Shown: positions 14,826 to 32,850, counted from the first letter of the stretch. The stretch is DNA of 64,000 bases from the human T2T-CHM13v2.0 reference genome, Homo sapiens (GCF_009914755.1 NC_060931.1), one strand, 5' to 3'. Numbers and translations: made by a program. The notes: generated by a model not told the origin, from the letters alone.

Positions 14826-15185
14826 ATTAAAATAATTAATAAGGCAGCCATTATAGACTGAGGCAGCTCCGGTGCCCTGGGTTCCTACCTAAGCAAACAA
14901 ACCCCATTCACAGTAAATGGTCATATGCTAGGAAATGAAACTTAAGCTCAACCAATCAGAAACTGCCAAGTAACCTCTAACTAGAGACTTTAAGGCTACT
15001 GTTCCACTTTAACCAATCAAATATTTTCTATGTCTTGCTTCCTCGAACACCTTATAAAAGTTTTTCCCTTATGGCCCTTTGGTGGAGCCCAAACCACTGC
15101 ATTCTGGTACTGTTCCATTTATGAATCACTGTCTGTTCAAATAAACTCTCTAAAATTTTAATGTACCTAGATGTATCTTGTAACA
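14826..15185 (+). mobile_element. ERV1 solo LTR (MER93-like)
   Basis: Starts tattaaaataattaat..gccatt..gactgaggcagctcc; two CCAATCA boxes, TATAAAA, AATAAA; ends ...taaca. Confidence 0.75.
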
Positions 15186-17654
15186 CAGTTTAAAGCCAGT
15201 CTTTTGTTACAAGCATAGGAAAGAGAGCAAGCAAAGGGACTAAGGAAGGTCAGTCAAAGAATTGAGAAATAAATTGGCAGAAAAAAATGGAGAGAAGACA
15301 TACACATCACAATAAGAAAATAGTGAAATTCATTAAACCCCCATTATTTGAAGATTGGCTGTGGAAAGAGTATTCTAAAGATATTGTTAAAGGGAAAATG
15401 ACCTGCAAATACCTTGTTCTGATCAAAATCTGCAGCCAATCTACATATTTCACTAAAAGAAATCAGCAAGTTATTGACAAGGAGCCCCCAAATTATCACT
15501 TAAACCTTAATTGAAAAGCCATGCAAGGCAAAAATTCATTATTCCATACGTTCATTAGAATAATTTTATATTTTCTTGTTTTATCATCTGATTGCAAATT
15601 TAGCCACTATTCATTTATGATGAAGTATTTAAAACCTTTAACATTAGAAACATTTTCCAATTAATTTCATTTTTCTGTGCCTAAACATTTCCAAGTGCTG
15701 ATGAATGACTGAGATGAACTTGGCTAAAAAAGCCTGCTGAATTTTACTGGTTCCTTACCGGGTAGAAAAGCCAGATGATGCTTATAAAACAAGAATTAGA
15801 GGAGAATGGAAAAGTCAAATGCCAACAAAGTTTGAGGGAGCCTCAAAAGTGAGTGCTAAGAAAGTTGAACAAAGATAGTGGCAATACTAAAACAAAAGCT
15901 AATAGCTTTAGTATATTCAAAATCCTGAACTGAGAAAAGTAATATAGAACTTAAATTTTAAATCAAAATTAAATTGAGGTAATTTGTATCTTTAATATTG
16001 AAGGGCAGAATATATATTATGTGTCCCCCCCAAAAAATGAAACAAAGGAAACTACAGGAAAATTTAAAGATGCCTCGACTTAATTTCTCAATGAGGTTTC
16101 TTACATTTTCCCCCAAAATACTCAATATAATTTCCCTTTAGAACTGTTGACAAAAATGGAAGAAAAAATTCTTAAAAAGCTTCTATTCCCATTTATTTAA
16201 AATTTAATTGCAAAGTTTTCTTTTTTCCTGTAGATAAACAAATAACTTTGGTGGTTTTTTTTTACATTGTTAAATAATAACATTTATTTTACCACATTAA
16301 TAGTCACTGGGTGGTGTTTACATGTTCCTGTTTACGTGTGTCATGGTTTTCACCAAATATGTTAAAAAGTACGACTAGGATGAGTATCCAAACTTTTTAT
16401 TTCAGAAAATATTTGTTTGGTTTTTAAAATAGTCAGATGTCAGGAATTCTTGCAAAAATTTAAAGAATTAATTTTGCTATTCAAAACAAAAAGCAAAATA
16501 GCCTTATGAAAATGAAATGTTTGACATTTTGGACAAAACATCTATTATAAAATGATATTTGGTTAAGATTACAATAAACAATTCTGTATAGTACAGATTA
16601 AACTCTCTTTGCCACAAATATGGCTTTAAAATCAAGGTTAAGTTCTTCAAAAACCAATAAAAAGAGAACTTGAGCTTCTGCCAAGCAGGTTTGCTGTTTG
16701 TCTTTTCCAAATCTCAGAGCCTTATGAATACCTGCCTGTGTCTCCAAATGGAGGCAAGCCAAACAAGAGGTGAAATATGTTTATGGCTGTGGTTCCATTG
16801 TTTCAGGAAACACGAAACACTGGTCTGCTGATGAGGGAGTTTCACATTACTTGCAATTATTGTAATACATTTGTATATGAAAATAACAATTCAAACTATT
16901 GTCCTCAGGAAATTCCTCCCCGTTTCTGAGGCTGAGAAAGATATTATCTTTTTAATTTACCTTAGGCATTTCAATATTGTGTTTGATATTCAATGAGTCT
17001 TTGAAAACACAAATTTTACCCATCCACCTAACATCAAATGGGCCGCCTCAAGTTTAAACCTGTTTTTATTTGATTTTTAGAATTGCACTTAATATGAAAG
17101 CAACAAAATGAAAGCAAACCGAAGTAGATCTGTAACCACTATCATGAAACACTAACACATACGTAATTATTTCAATGTGAGCTTCAGAAAGGCTTACTAA
17201 TTGACAGTGATACTCATTCACACAACGTGGACTTGCAGATTCTAGTGAATGATGCTTGTTGTAACTTTTCATTATCCTTTGAAATAAGTTCTTTCTATGT
17301 CAGTTTCATTATAGCAACAAGAAGGATGGAACGTTGTTCTATAATACAATCCTGGCATGACACTTTTTCCCTGTTTTTCAAGAGAAACATGGAGGGGTGG
17401 TGCAAGGCTACAGATGACGGGTCGGGGGAGGGGTGGGAGCAAGAGCTGCTCTAAAGGAAGTCTGCACTTTCCTAGATTGTGTGAGAGGTCCAGGCTTTTT
17501 GGTCTAAAGAGAGAGCCAAATTATACTTTCAAGACATTTTGAATCAGTTTAATCAAACTTATGGAAGAAGATAGTTCAATGGTGGTTGCCAGGGGCTGGA
17601 GAAGAGAAAAACAGAATTGCTGTTCAATGTGTATGAAGTTTCAGTCATGGTAGG

Positions 17655-18365
17655 TGTATTAGTCCATTGTCACACTGCTGAAGGAAATACCTTAGACTGG
17701 GTAATTTATAAAGAAAAGAGGTTTATTTGGCTCACAGTTCTGCAGGCTTTATTGGAAGCATGCCTGGGGAGGCCTCAGGCAACGTTCAATCATGGTGGAA
17801 GGCAAAGGGGAAACTGGCTCATCTGATGTGGCCAGAGCAGAAGAGAGCAAGAGCTAAGCGGGCGGTGCTACAGGCTTTTAAACAACCAGATGGCTTGAGA
17901 ACTATCATGAGAACAGGAAGGGGTAAGTCTGTCCCCAGGATCCAGTCACCTTCCACCAGGCCACTCTTCCAACACTGGGGAATTACAATGTTGTTAACAG
18001 TGGAGGGTGCCCAGGTTCTTGGTGTCTTGAACAAAGAATTGGACAAAATGCACAAACAAAGCAAGGAAGGAATGAAGAGATTTACTGAAAAATGAAAGTA
18101 CACTCCACAGTGTGGGAGTAGGCCTGAGCATAGGGGCTTAAAGGCCCCCTTATGGAATTTTAGGGAGTTTAAGTACCCTCTACTTGGTGTATGCTCTATG
18201 TAAATGAAGAGGATGAAATAAAGTTACAAAGTTATTTACTTGGTGTATGCTCTATGGAGAGGATATTTCCTGTTATAGCTGAAGTGTGAATTGGCCTTAT
18301 GTTCCCAGCCTCCATACCCTATTTCCTGCCTCAGTTTGATAGGAACACAGAGCCAAACCGTATCA
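17655..18365 (-). mobile_element. MSTA solo LTR interrupted by MER51
   Basis: tgtattagtcc...ccaaaccgtatca with a perfect 5-bp TSD gtagg (17650-17654 and 18366-18370). Confidence 0.88.
17992..18333 (-). mobile_element. ERV1 solo LTR (MER51-like)
   Basis: tgttaacagtggagggtg..aggttcttgg...gaacaaagaattggacaaaa...ccctatttcctgcctca. Confidence 0.8.
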
Positions 18366-19413
18366 GTAGGTAAATAAATTCTAGAGACCTGCTGTACAAC
18401 ATAGTGCCTAAATGTAATAATTCAGTATTGCAGTATTGTACACCTCGAGTGTTAAGTATTCTTAACATAAGATCAAGTATGTTGAGTGTTGATCTTCTGT
18501 TAAGTATTCTTACCAGCACCCTACCCCAATAGATATAAGGAAACTTTGTGAGGTGATGGATATGTCTGTTACCTTGATTGTGGTGATAGTACCATGGGTG
18601 TTTGGTGTTTGCATAGATCCAAACTCATCAAATTGTACACATTAGGTACGTGAATTTTTGTATATCAATTATATCCCAAAAAAGCAGTAAAGGAATATTA
18701 AGCATAAAGAATAATGGGGAATAATGGAGTTTACATTGAGTTATAATACTTGAACCTTTTTAAAATACACATCATTTTATATTATGTGGGATTTATTACA
18801 GGAAATGAAACTTTGTAATTTACTAGAAATAGAGATATTTGTTTCTTGTGTCCTTATGTCAAGTTATTAAATTCCAATAACATGGCTTTCCATGATGTAT
18901 GATAATATTCGTCTATTTTTGTATAGTGTATAAGCTATACTTAGTGATTGCTACTGTCACTTTCTACATTCCTCTGTGAAGTTATATATTAGGTCACAAT
19001 AATATTTTTACAGTTATAAGATATACTTTCTAGTCTTGCAAGTTTATTATCATCAACTAATGTTGATATAATTACTTTATAAACTATTGTACTTTTTGGT
19101 CAGCAGAGCCATGTTTGATGACGTTGATGTTAGTTGTCACTAACTTTCTAATATGGATTTTAAAAAATTATTCACAGCTATTTAATTTTGCTCTTTTTCT
19201 CCTCAAAGCCATCAGTTTGGGAATATTACCCAGACATTCTTTTCATGTTAGCTTCTGCTACCTGTTCAAAATCAATGTATTTTTCCTCATTGACCCCAAC
19301 AGAATAAACCAATACATCACAATATGATATCTAGTTTAGTAGTGCTGTTTCATGGTGGAAAGAAGATGGGGGGTGATTTCAAGCAGACTCTTAAGCTATA
19401 ACAGCCCAAATCA

Positions 19414-19459
19414 CTCTCTCTCTCCCTGTCTCTGTCTCTCTCTCTTTCTCTCTCTCTAA

Positions 19460-19491
<32 letters not shown>
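19414..19491. repeat. compound (TC)n(CA)n microsatellite
   Basis: Seen directly. Confidence 0.95.
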
Positions 19492-19495
<4 letters not shown>

Positions 19496-21728
19496 GACCT
19501 TGCCCATGTTCAGTTTTTCAGTTTGCATGTGCTCACCTCATGTGTGGGCAAGATTCATTCAGGGTGAAACTACTAGTGCCAGTGCTTTGAAAAGAAGACC
19601 AGGGCATTCATTCACCTCCAGTGATCCAAGTGTGATAGTGAATGTACACATGCCTCTGTTGAAAAATCTGCTTATAATATTTCCAATATTATGTCATCAA
19701 TTTTTGTTGTTTTCTTCATTTGAAACTCAAAGGCAAAGAATAAGTGGAAAATTTAGAAGAAAAATAGTGAATTCATCTAATTTAAATCTAATGGCTGTAA
19801 AATGGAAAGATATTCTTGTTCTTCATTTTCTATTATTTGTAACTTATCATCTTGAGAAACTATGCTTGTTTGAATGCTTAACTTAAGGAGGATATATCAG
19901 ATCTATATAAAACCAGTATAGATAAACATCCCACTTACTGCACACAGTCTCAGATCTGAGAGAATAGCCATGATTAATGGGACTTATTCCTTTGCCAGCC
20001 TTAGGAGACACATATTATATCACTCCCTAAGACCTATATGTCAGGGGCTCTGAAGGAAGACTGAATTGTTCTTCTGAAGCCACACAACAAATCTGAACCT
20101 CTTAAACAATGTAGAAAACAGTTGAATCCAAATAAAGGAACTTTGCATTTCACAACCAGCATTGCTACCACCTCTACCACCTGCATTTCTCTATTTGCCT
20201 TATCAACTCCCCTCTGATCATTTAAACTCTCTTTATAGTCTCCTGTTTGTGTTAATTTTTGCTTCCTCTCTGTGTTACTGTTCTAAATTCCTACTTCTAT
20301 CTCTTCTAAAAATTTCTACCAGGAATCCAGGAATCCACATTTTAAGAATATTTAGAATAAAATCCACAGTTTTAGAATATTTCTTTTCCACACTATCATA
20401 AACTGTCCTTCATGTTTGGAGGCTTGGATTCTCTGTCTGTATCACCCTCTAGTTATCTTTGTCTTGTCAAATTCATGGTCATCTTTTCTTGTTCAACAAA
20501 GCTCTAGAACCTGAATCACTTTATTTCTTTCAAATCTCCTAAATTCTCTTATTTTGGAGGACTTTGACATTCTTGTGGATGACTTTTGATAACCCCTGGA
20601 CAAACTACTTTTATCCAGTCTACTTCAGTCACTTCCTCCCCTTGCCACACCCGAAGACATTGTCATTCCTGGGCACTTCCAAGTCATTCGTGTGTATTTG
20701 TGCCACTCCCTTCCTAGGCCTACTTCCACTGAAAGAGTACTTACTAATCTCGTTGTTCTTTGCACAGAATATACACAGAACCCTGCTAGGCTCCTGCTAG
20801 ATCAACAGATAGGTTGATCTGTTTTGTGCTTCATGTCTCCCATAGTATGAGCATATTTGGGCAACATCTGCCTGTTACTCTGATTGATCTGCTCCTACTG
20901 TGGTTCAAGTTTTCTGCTGGACTCTATGGGGCAAATCAGATGGAATTCAATCTGTGAATGTAGTCATTTTTGGTTAATTGGGAAGGGTATAATACGTACT
21001 TTGTCTAGGTTATTTTATGTTCATATTAGTTTGTTCTAGCTCTATCACAGTACTATCCTGGTTATTAGTAAAATGGAATATCATTAATATCAGACCTTGT
21101 CTAATTTCCTTCTCAAAAGAATCCCTAGAGGAAAGAAAAAGTAAGTGTTAGGATTTACAAAACCCCATTCAGTTCATCTAAATATCTATTTAAAATTACT
21201 GTTATTTTCATAATTGTTCTATCCTCTCTTCGCACAGATCTAACAAACTGTTCTCTATTTCTACAATTCACTTTTCACTGCAAATACCACAGATATTTCA
21301 GGTCTGAGTGTAGTCATTATTCCTTTCAGTATGCCCTTTCTATCTTTGCCATTTTTCTTTATTATATTTCAGTTTATTCCCCAAGTATCATACCTTTTTA
21401 CTCTCATGGCATTTTTTACATTGTGTATTAAACGACTGTCCATCTTTTCCACTGATCTCAGAATTTGGTGGGGAAAACAGGAAATATCTTTCTCCTCCAT
21501 TGTATCTCGAGTTCTTTGCACATTTGGTGGTACAATATAGTCATTCAATAAATATTTGTTGAATCATTGACTGCATGCAGTAATGTATAAAAAAACTCAT
21601 AAATGAAGCACATAACTGTAACTTAAACTATTACTTTCATTCTGGAATGTCACCAACAAGGATTCACTTCAATATATGAAATTATAGTTTGTGAAAAAAC
21701 AAAAACAGGAAAATATGTGCTCCTGTAA

Positions 21729-22096
<368 letters not shown>

Positions 22097-22310
22097 GCAA
22101 ATATTTTAAAATTAAATTCAATGCTTTAACAAAGTATTGAAATGTAATACTTTTCATGTTCCAAAAAATAACTTTTGAAAAGGAAACATTTATTTGGGTA
22201 AATTGTGAGAAAACATATCTCAAATAGATTTTAAAATTTGTTTTCCAAGGTCAAGTTTTTATACTGCAATAAATATTTTGTTTTTAATGGATCTTTATTT
22301 GCTGTGTTTC

Positions 22311-22463
22311 AACAAAGGGTAAATGCTTGAGGGGATGGAAACCATATTCTTCATATATGATTATTTCACATTGTATGCCTGTATCAAAACATCTCATGTA
22401 CCCCATGAATACATATATCTATTATGTACCCACAAAAAATAAAAATTAAAAAAAATTTTAAAA
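22311..22463 (+). mobile_element. L1MA 3' end fragment
   Basis: aaatgcttgaggggatgga...gcctgtatcaaaacatctcatgtacccc...A-rich tail. Confidence 0.85.
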
Positions 22464-22559
22464 ATCAATTCCTCTGGGAAGACTATCTAATTACTCACAC
22501 AATTTTAATATGCAAATTTTAGGCTCCTTTTACACACCACACTTGGACTTCACGACACG

Positions 22560-23460
22560 CCTGTGAACTCCAGGATCATATCTTGTGCTTCTTATGTCAC
22601 TTGGACATTGCATAGGCATTTAATAATTAACAAACCAAGACAAAAACTCCTTCCAAAACTACTCCTGACACTGTTGTCCCAACAAAGTAAGTGGAAAATC
22701 TGTATGTTAGAAATCTTGGGGTCATCCTTGAATGCTTGTCCCATTATACCACACATTAACAGCAGTTGTGTCTTTATATATTCGGATCTCAGCAATGTCT
22801 CTCTGCAGCCACCACTCCTCTCCCAGCCCAAACCACTGTTTTTACATGCATGACTGCAATAGCTGCTGAGCCTTGTTCCTTGCATCTGTCCTTGTTCCAT
22901 TTAGTATTTTTTCAACACAGTAGACAGAGTTGTCTTTTTGTAACCCAAGTCAGATCATGTCACTCTTCCTCCATGATGGACTTTCATTTCCTCTCTGGCA
23001 TGAGTTCTTACTAAATCACCTCTCACTTTTAATTTACACAGCCTGCCTTGCTTTTTCCTGCATATGCTAAGCCCTCTCCTGCCTCAGCCTCAGGGTTTTC
23101 ACTTGATATCTCATCTGTCTAGGAAGCACTCCCTCTGAATATCTGCATTGGCTTTCCTCCTTGCCACCTTCAGGTTTTGGCTCAAATGTCACCATTTTTA
23201 GTGTGAACTTCAGACATGACTCTGTGATATTGTACTACCTCATTCCTGGACTGCCTATTTACCTTTCCACTTTGCTGCATTCCTCCATAGTATGTAGAGC
23301 CTTTTAACATGATATATCTACTCTTTTTTTCAGTTTCTCTCCTCCCATAAAATGTACCTTTAGAAAGAAAAAGGGTAGTGTCTGTGTAGACTACTGTATT
23401 CTAAGTAAACAATGTTTGACTACTAATATGTACCCAGTAAACATTATTGGCTGAATGAAT
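22560..23460 (+). mobile_element. L2 3' region
   Basis: aagtcagatcatgtcactctt...ctcaaatgtcacc...tgaatgaat terminus. Confidence 0.7.
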
Positions 23461-24904
23461 AATACTCAGTTGTATTGAAATTGTACATTCAATATCTGTT
23501 ATCTTCCATATAATATGAACATTTCAGGGTCAAGAAAATAATTAATTTCTATCAATTAAGAGGTTGATGCAGGACATAAGGAGATGATGAAGTATTTGAA
23601 AGGCAATTCCCAAAGTTACATGTGCCTACATTAATCATTAGCTAAATGAACAGTCTTCCTTTATATTAAGAAGTGGAGGACTTCGATAAGAGTTGAGGTT
23701 TTGAGGTAGGAAGTCATAGAATCCCCTTCTGGTAGCTTAAGTTTTCTCTGTGAAGTCAGAGCAGAGGCCTAGTGATTGATTAGTGAAAGGTTTAGGAAAA
23801 ATGGGCAAATAGTAGTTGTCATCAATATGTGAAAAAATTACAAAGAAATAGGTATCAGTAAAGGATACTGGAAAAATAGTAATTGAAATGCTAATTACAG
23901 GCTTCAAGCTGGATAGGGAGATACATAAAAACAGGAAAAGCCATATATGAAATAAGGAGTTTTAGAATTAATAGGGGTCTTATTGTCATCAGACAACCAG
24001 TGTTTGAAATGAATAATGGGAGAAGAATAAGAGGTAAAGTCCTAAATGCGTATGAATTTGTGGTTTCACTCGTGGAGTGATTGCTGTTGATGCTACACGG
24101 CCATTGGAGAAGGCTGTGACTGGAAGAAGATGAGCTTTCTGGAGGAGAGAAATATTTTAATAGTCACTCAATGACATTTATTTAATGCATACCATACTAG
24201 GCACTGGAAATTTTACATATACAAATTTTTTCTACAGAAGAACTTTATATTTAGTGAATGATAGAGAGAAAGTGCATAAAGATGCAGTGAAACAACTTGT
24301 AAGAGAAGAAAAATAGAAATTGCTCTGAATATAACCAGTTCAGCAAAAGCAGGGCAAAGGATGGATAGTCTCAAAAACTTCCAATATAACAAATCTTGCC
24401 AAAGCAGATTAACCCATGGCAAATAATTTTGATGGAATTTAAAATAGATGAACTTACAATTTTAAAATTAGAGACTATTCAACACCTGATTGAAGTTAGG
24501 TATGAAACAATATTAGGTATCTTATTTATTTGCTATTCATAATACAACACATAAATTCTGTGAAATAAATAGGAAGGCCGTGTTGGTATTAATTAAAATC
24601 CTCATCTTAAAAGCATTACTCCGAGGTGCCTGAATTTTCAACAACTCCGTGAATAGATTTTGAATACATCTCTGAATAACTAAAATGTCATTTTCAATAT
24701 GAATACATTTGAAAATTTGAATATTTCAACATTAAACTGAGCATTGTACAACTGACATAAAACCAATTCTGTGATTTTAATTTATCTTTTTTTTCCAGAA
24801 ATTTCAACACATTGTCTAAAATGGTTTGGTAGTGCTTCTTAGAGGTGTATATTGTTACATGTAAGATTGTGCCAAATGGAGGGATCATTTATTGAAACAT
24901 AATA

Positions 24905-25835
24905 GGAATTCAGTACAGCTGCAGGATACAAAATCAACATACAGCAATCAGTAGTATTTCTAAACACTAATAACCAACTATCCAGAAAAAAAACTAAGGC
25001 AAACAATGCCATTTACAATATGTCTTAATCTATTTTGCACGGATAAAACAGCATACCTGGCTGGTGGGTGCGGCGGCTCATGCCTGTAATCCCAGCAATT
25101 TGGGAGGCCGAGGCGGGTGGATAACCTGAGGTCAGGAGTTCAAGACCAGCCTGGCCAACATGGTGAAACCCTGTCTCTACTAAAAATACAAAAAAAAAAA
25201 ATCAGCTGGGTGTGGTCACATGTGCCTGTAATCCCAGCTACTTGGGAGGCAGTAAGCTTCCTGAAACTGTGAGCCAATTAAACTGCTGTTTGTAAATTAC
25301 CCAATCTTAGGTAGTATCTTTATAGCAACATGAAAACGGACTAACACAATGTGCAATAGAATACTATTCAGCTTTAAAACTGAAGGAAATGCCATTATTT
25401 GTGACAACATGGATGAACTTGGCGGACATTAGGCTAAGTGAAATAGGCACAAAAATAAAGCATGATTTCACTTACATGTGGAATCTAAAACAGTTGAGCT
25501 CATAGAAGCAGAGTAGAATGGTGGTTACTAGGGGCTGGCAGGTTGGGTGGGGTGGGATTGGGGAGATATTGGTCTAGGGATGCAAAATTTCAGTTAAACA
25601 GAAGAAAGAAACAAGAACTGTATTGTGTAATAGAGTGACTGTAGTTAATAACAGTGTACTATACATTTAAAAATCGCTAAGACAGTAGATTTGAAATCTC
25701 ACCACAAAAAATAAGTATGTGATGTAATAAATATATTTATTAGTTCAATTTAGCTATTCCACATTGTATGTGTATATCAAAATATCAGGTTGTATATCAT
25801 AAATATATACAATTTGTGCCTGTCAATAAAATAAT
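24905..25835 (+). mobile_element. composite of L1MA, MaLR(-), AluS, MaLR(+) and L1MA 3' end
   Basis: L1 ORF2 piece 24905-25020; LTR end tgtcttaatc (minus) 25021-25058; Alu 25059-25251 broken in the right arm; MST/THE1 3' end 25252-25348; L1MA 3' end to about 25835. Confidence 0.75.
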
Positions 25836-27620
25836 ATATAGGGATATGTAAATATTTATAGAAACTTGGCTTTTTATTTCTAAAATATAGATGTTCATGA
25901 TATTATAATAGGGACAGTTGCTAATAAGATAACTCTAGTAGTAATTTGTATTCAAGACAGGAAAGCTTACAGTGGCAAGCAGCAAAGTCTTATTTTATTC
26001 TCATTCCAAGCTATGCTCTGCCAGCTTTCTTTTGCACCAGCTGCTATACAACATTGTCAACCACATGCTCTTCAAGTTGCAATATGTCTTTAGGCCAAAG
26101 AGTACTAGAGCTGATATGATATCTGTAAAACTCCAAATTTAGTAATTATATATATATCTGATTTCTGGGACTTGCAGAAGAAAAGTAAACTTCCCAGATT
26201 TATCAATGACAAAAGTAATTATTGATCAAATATTTTTCATTATATCATAAGTTTTAAATTATTGAAATAACTTACAGGAATTAGCAAATCATGGTATGAT
26301 ATTAAAGGGAGATGTGAGGTGAGGCTTCTTTCATATGGTTTGTCATGAGTTGTTACACGGGGGAAAATAATGTGCAGTCAGATCCCACTTACACATGGTA
26401 GTGAGGAGGATGATACAGATAGTGTTTAGATATTTCAACTGGTTCAACCTCATACAAGCTTTTTCCTAAGCCAGAGTTGTTAAGAAGCAAGGCTGAAAGT
26501 AGAAAGCTACAGGTATGTGAAATCCTGCCTTTCACTTACCTAAGCCTTTAAATTCTCCTTTGTGTATTGGTCAAGCAGCTGTAAAAATATTCCATATGAC
26601 AAGAATATTAAAGGGGATCAACTTTAAAGAGGTTAACAATGTTAAATTATATTCAAACTAGATCTTTATAGTAAAACATTTAGGTTGTTTGTGTCAAATA
26701 CAATTTAAATGCAAAAATCTAATTGGATCTAAATGAGTTTTCTCTAACAGCATAAACTAAAAGTATATTGTAACACAGAGTCCAGGTGACATTCATGCAT
26801 GTTTCTTCACCTAAATAATGATAGTCTTGGGCTAAAGTCCAACCCTGGAAAAAGGTATGTGTACATTTACAATGAAATCTGCCACAGAAGTCAAGGAAAG
26901 AAGTAGTAACAGCAGCTGGGCTGTTTTTCAAGTTAAAGACTAGTCTTTTAACCTGTTTTCCAATACAAGGAAAAGATATTTTGTTTATGTGCCATATCAG
27001 CAAGACTCAAACCAACTGAATGAAACAACAAAGTAAACTCATTCAGGTCTGATCCAGTCAAAACAAGACTGAGTAAAGTATTTCATGTTAAGTTTGGAAA
27101 ATATTACCACCAAACTGGATAGGTTCCTAAAACCTGGGGCCATTTTCTCATCTGGCACAGTCGTCAGAAAACTGTTCCAAGCGTAGCGCTCAGTCCCACT
27201 GGCCTACAAACTTTTCAGAAAACCATACTTTCTAAGTAGGTTCTCGTGAATGAGAGAAGAATCAGATTTTTTTGTCAATCTTTTTGCCATCCAGACAACT
27301 TCATGTTCTTATTTTGTGTTAAACCTACGTCTGTCTACCTGCCTGTTTGCTTCTTTCTGTCCTTTTTTCAGCTCCACAAAATTATTCAAACGCTTTGTAC
27401 ACCAGAAACTGTTTTAATCTCAATACTTTAAAATAATGTCTTCGTGAAAATATGGTCAGACATTCCAGTTTTACTGACTTAACATATAAAAACTTCTTTT
27501 TAGAAAGCTCTTGTTGATTCCACTTGCATTTATTTATAACTATAGTGTTGCCATATATCCAAGTATCCCTTTTATTTATTCTTTTATCTTTTTAATAAAA
27601 GGATAAATGGCATAGACAAT

Positions 27621-30987
<3,367 letters not shown>

Positions 30988-31278
30988 TTAAAAATAAAAA
31001 ATTATGTCACCAACTAAATTTTTACTGCAGATAATCATAAGTTGGTTAGATTGGACCTTCATTGTGAAATGCAGTAACTTTGGTTTAAGCAATATCCAAA
31101 ACCAGAAATTGGTCGAGGGGTCTACTAAATTCCGTTTTCTTTTGTTCTAAACAATTAAACATTCTAAAATTTAGGGAAAAGGACCAATGGTGCAAACATT
31201 TTAGAGCTGACAGTTGTGTGCCATATGCCATGATTCTGTTACAAATGAACAGTATTCAGATTCAAAATCAGTGTAAAC

Positions 31279-31280
<2 letters not shown>

Positions 31281-31325
<45 letters not shown>
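31281..31325. repeat. (TG)n microsatellite, about 22 units
   Basis: Seen directly. Confidence 0.97.
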
Positions 31326-31327
<2 letters not shown>

Positions 31328-32629
31328 TTTACACAGCCATTTAAATATTAACCGCCTTTGAGTATTAGGGGAAAAAACAGAAACTAAAAGCGAATATATT
31401 TGTTTCCTGAATCCTCCCACCAAACCACTTTTTAAATTAATTATATTTCCTGCCTTAGTGAGGATCTTCCTATTCATCAAAGATAAAATACCAAATATAA
31501 TTTACTCTCCTTCTCTACCTCACCCCCAATATTCAACAATTCCCTATTTTATTTTGATTTTACTTCCTATTGTCTCTCAGTGCATCCTTACTACTGGTTT
31601 CTGGCCTCAATGTCTCTTTCCATAAATACTTCCTCCAGGGCTTCAGCAGTGTATATTGCAATCCATGAGTGTGATGCCCTTATAAGCTGTACAGGCACAA
31701 CCCAGGCAAACATACACAATGACCATAATCATAACAGTCATTACTGGTGCCTTTACTCTGGTCTTATCCATCCCCCAACAATCCTTTAATCCTCCACTAG
31801 AGTTTATTCTTTTAAGTGAAAATCTGGATTCTTATCTCCCCTAGTATGTATCTCTTAGTGAATTTTTATATGAGATAGTCATCACCATCACCTATTCATC
31901 ATCCCATTCCATCCACTGAAGTTATTTTACGCTATGGCCTTCACAAATTACTTTGAGTCCTTTAAATAGATTAAAAAGTTTCTTGACTCTTTTTGTACAT
32001 GTCATTCTGTCCAAAGTGCAAATTTCACTATTGTCCACCCAAAGAATACTAAGTTTTCACCGTCATTTAAGCCTTTAATCTCAGGATCTCACAATAAATA
32101 CAATCACTCTTTCCTATATGCCTAATCTTCTGCTTGAGCATAATTTTAATGTGCTAACTATTCTGTAATTATATATATATTTTTAATTCAGCCACTTCTC
32201 TCACTAGAAAGTGAGTTTGTTGAAATCAGGGTAAGTATATTTTATGTTTGGATGAATTCCCCATCACAATACTTCACATGTAGTTATCTAGTCACCAATT
32301 TTTATTGAAATTAATTGTACATATAATAAAACTTTAATATAAAATGTTTCTCTTGAGGGGAGATTTTCTTTGTAAAACTATCCTTCTGAGCTTTGTGATG
32401 TGATGATTGTCTAATGTCTGTTGCAAGATTAAGGAAAATGTATTTGAATGCAAATGAACTTACACTGTCATACCAAAAGTGTGATAATTTCTTGCTCCTG
32501 AACTCACTTTCCCTACCTGCCTATTAAAATCAGAATACACAGATCTGTATCTGTACAAAGAGATGCCAAAAGACTACTTTCATGCTGCAACATGATTATG
32601 TGCCCCCAAAACCTGGATATTTATAGTAT

Positions 32630-32850
32630 AGTATCCAGTATTTTCAATCTAAGCTGTACTGGAGCCCGAAGCTAAAGGAAAATTAGTAATACTGATGCTC
32701 CCTTTATTTAAACTTTTAAGACTTTATCATGGCATTAATTTTGACTTTTAAAAATATTATCATTTTTTTTGGACCCCCTTAAATTTTGTTCCCGAGTTGA
32801 ATGCCTCACTGGGACTCGGGTGAATGAATGCTCACCCTAGTCCTAGATTA
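32630..32850. mobile_element. MER45-like hAT MITE
   Basis: ccccttaaattttg..cccgag..gaatgcctcac...tcaccctagtcc. Confidence 0.55.

Larger units (their letters stand above)
17550..18700 (+). mobile_element. L1M 3'UTR interrupted by MSTA
   Basis: atggtggttgccaggggctgg...gaagtttcagt | taaattctagagacctgctgtacaacatagtg...gaggtgatggatatgt. Confidence 0.75.

Noticed and set aside
19500-19886. 128-aa ORF in unique sequence
   Set aside because: TTG start, composition typical of random AT-rich DNA and no recognisable domain.
27030-27203. Minus-strand open frame ASGTERYAWNSFLTTVPDEKMAP... after a possible acceptor
   Set aside because: Poor polypyrimidine tract, weak donor and no recognisable homology.
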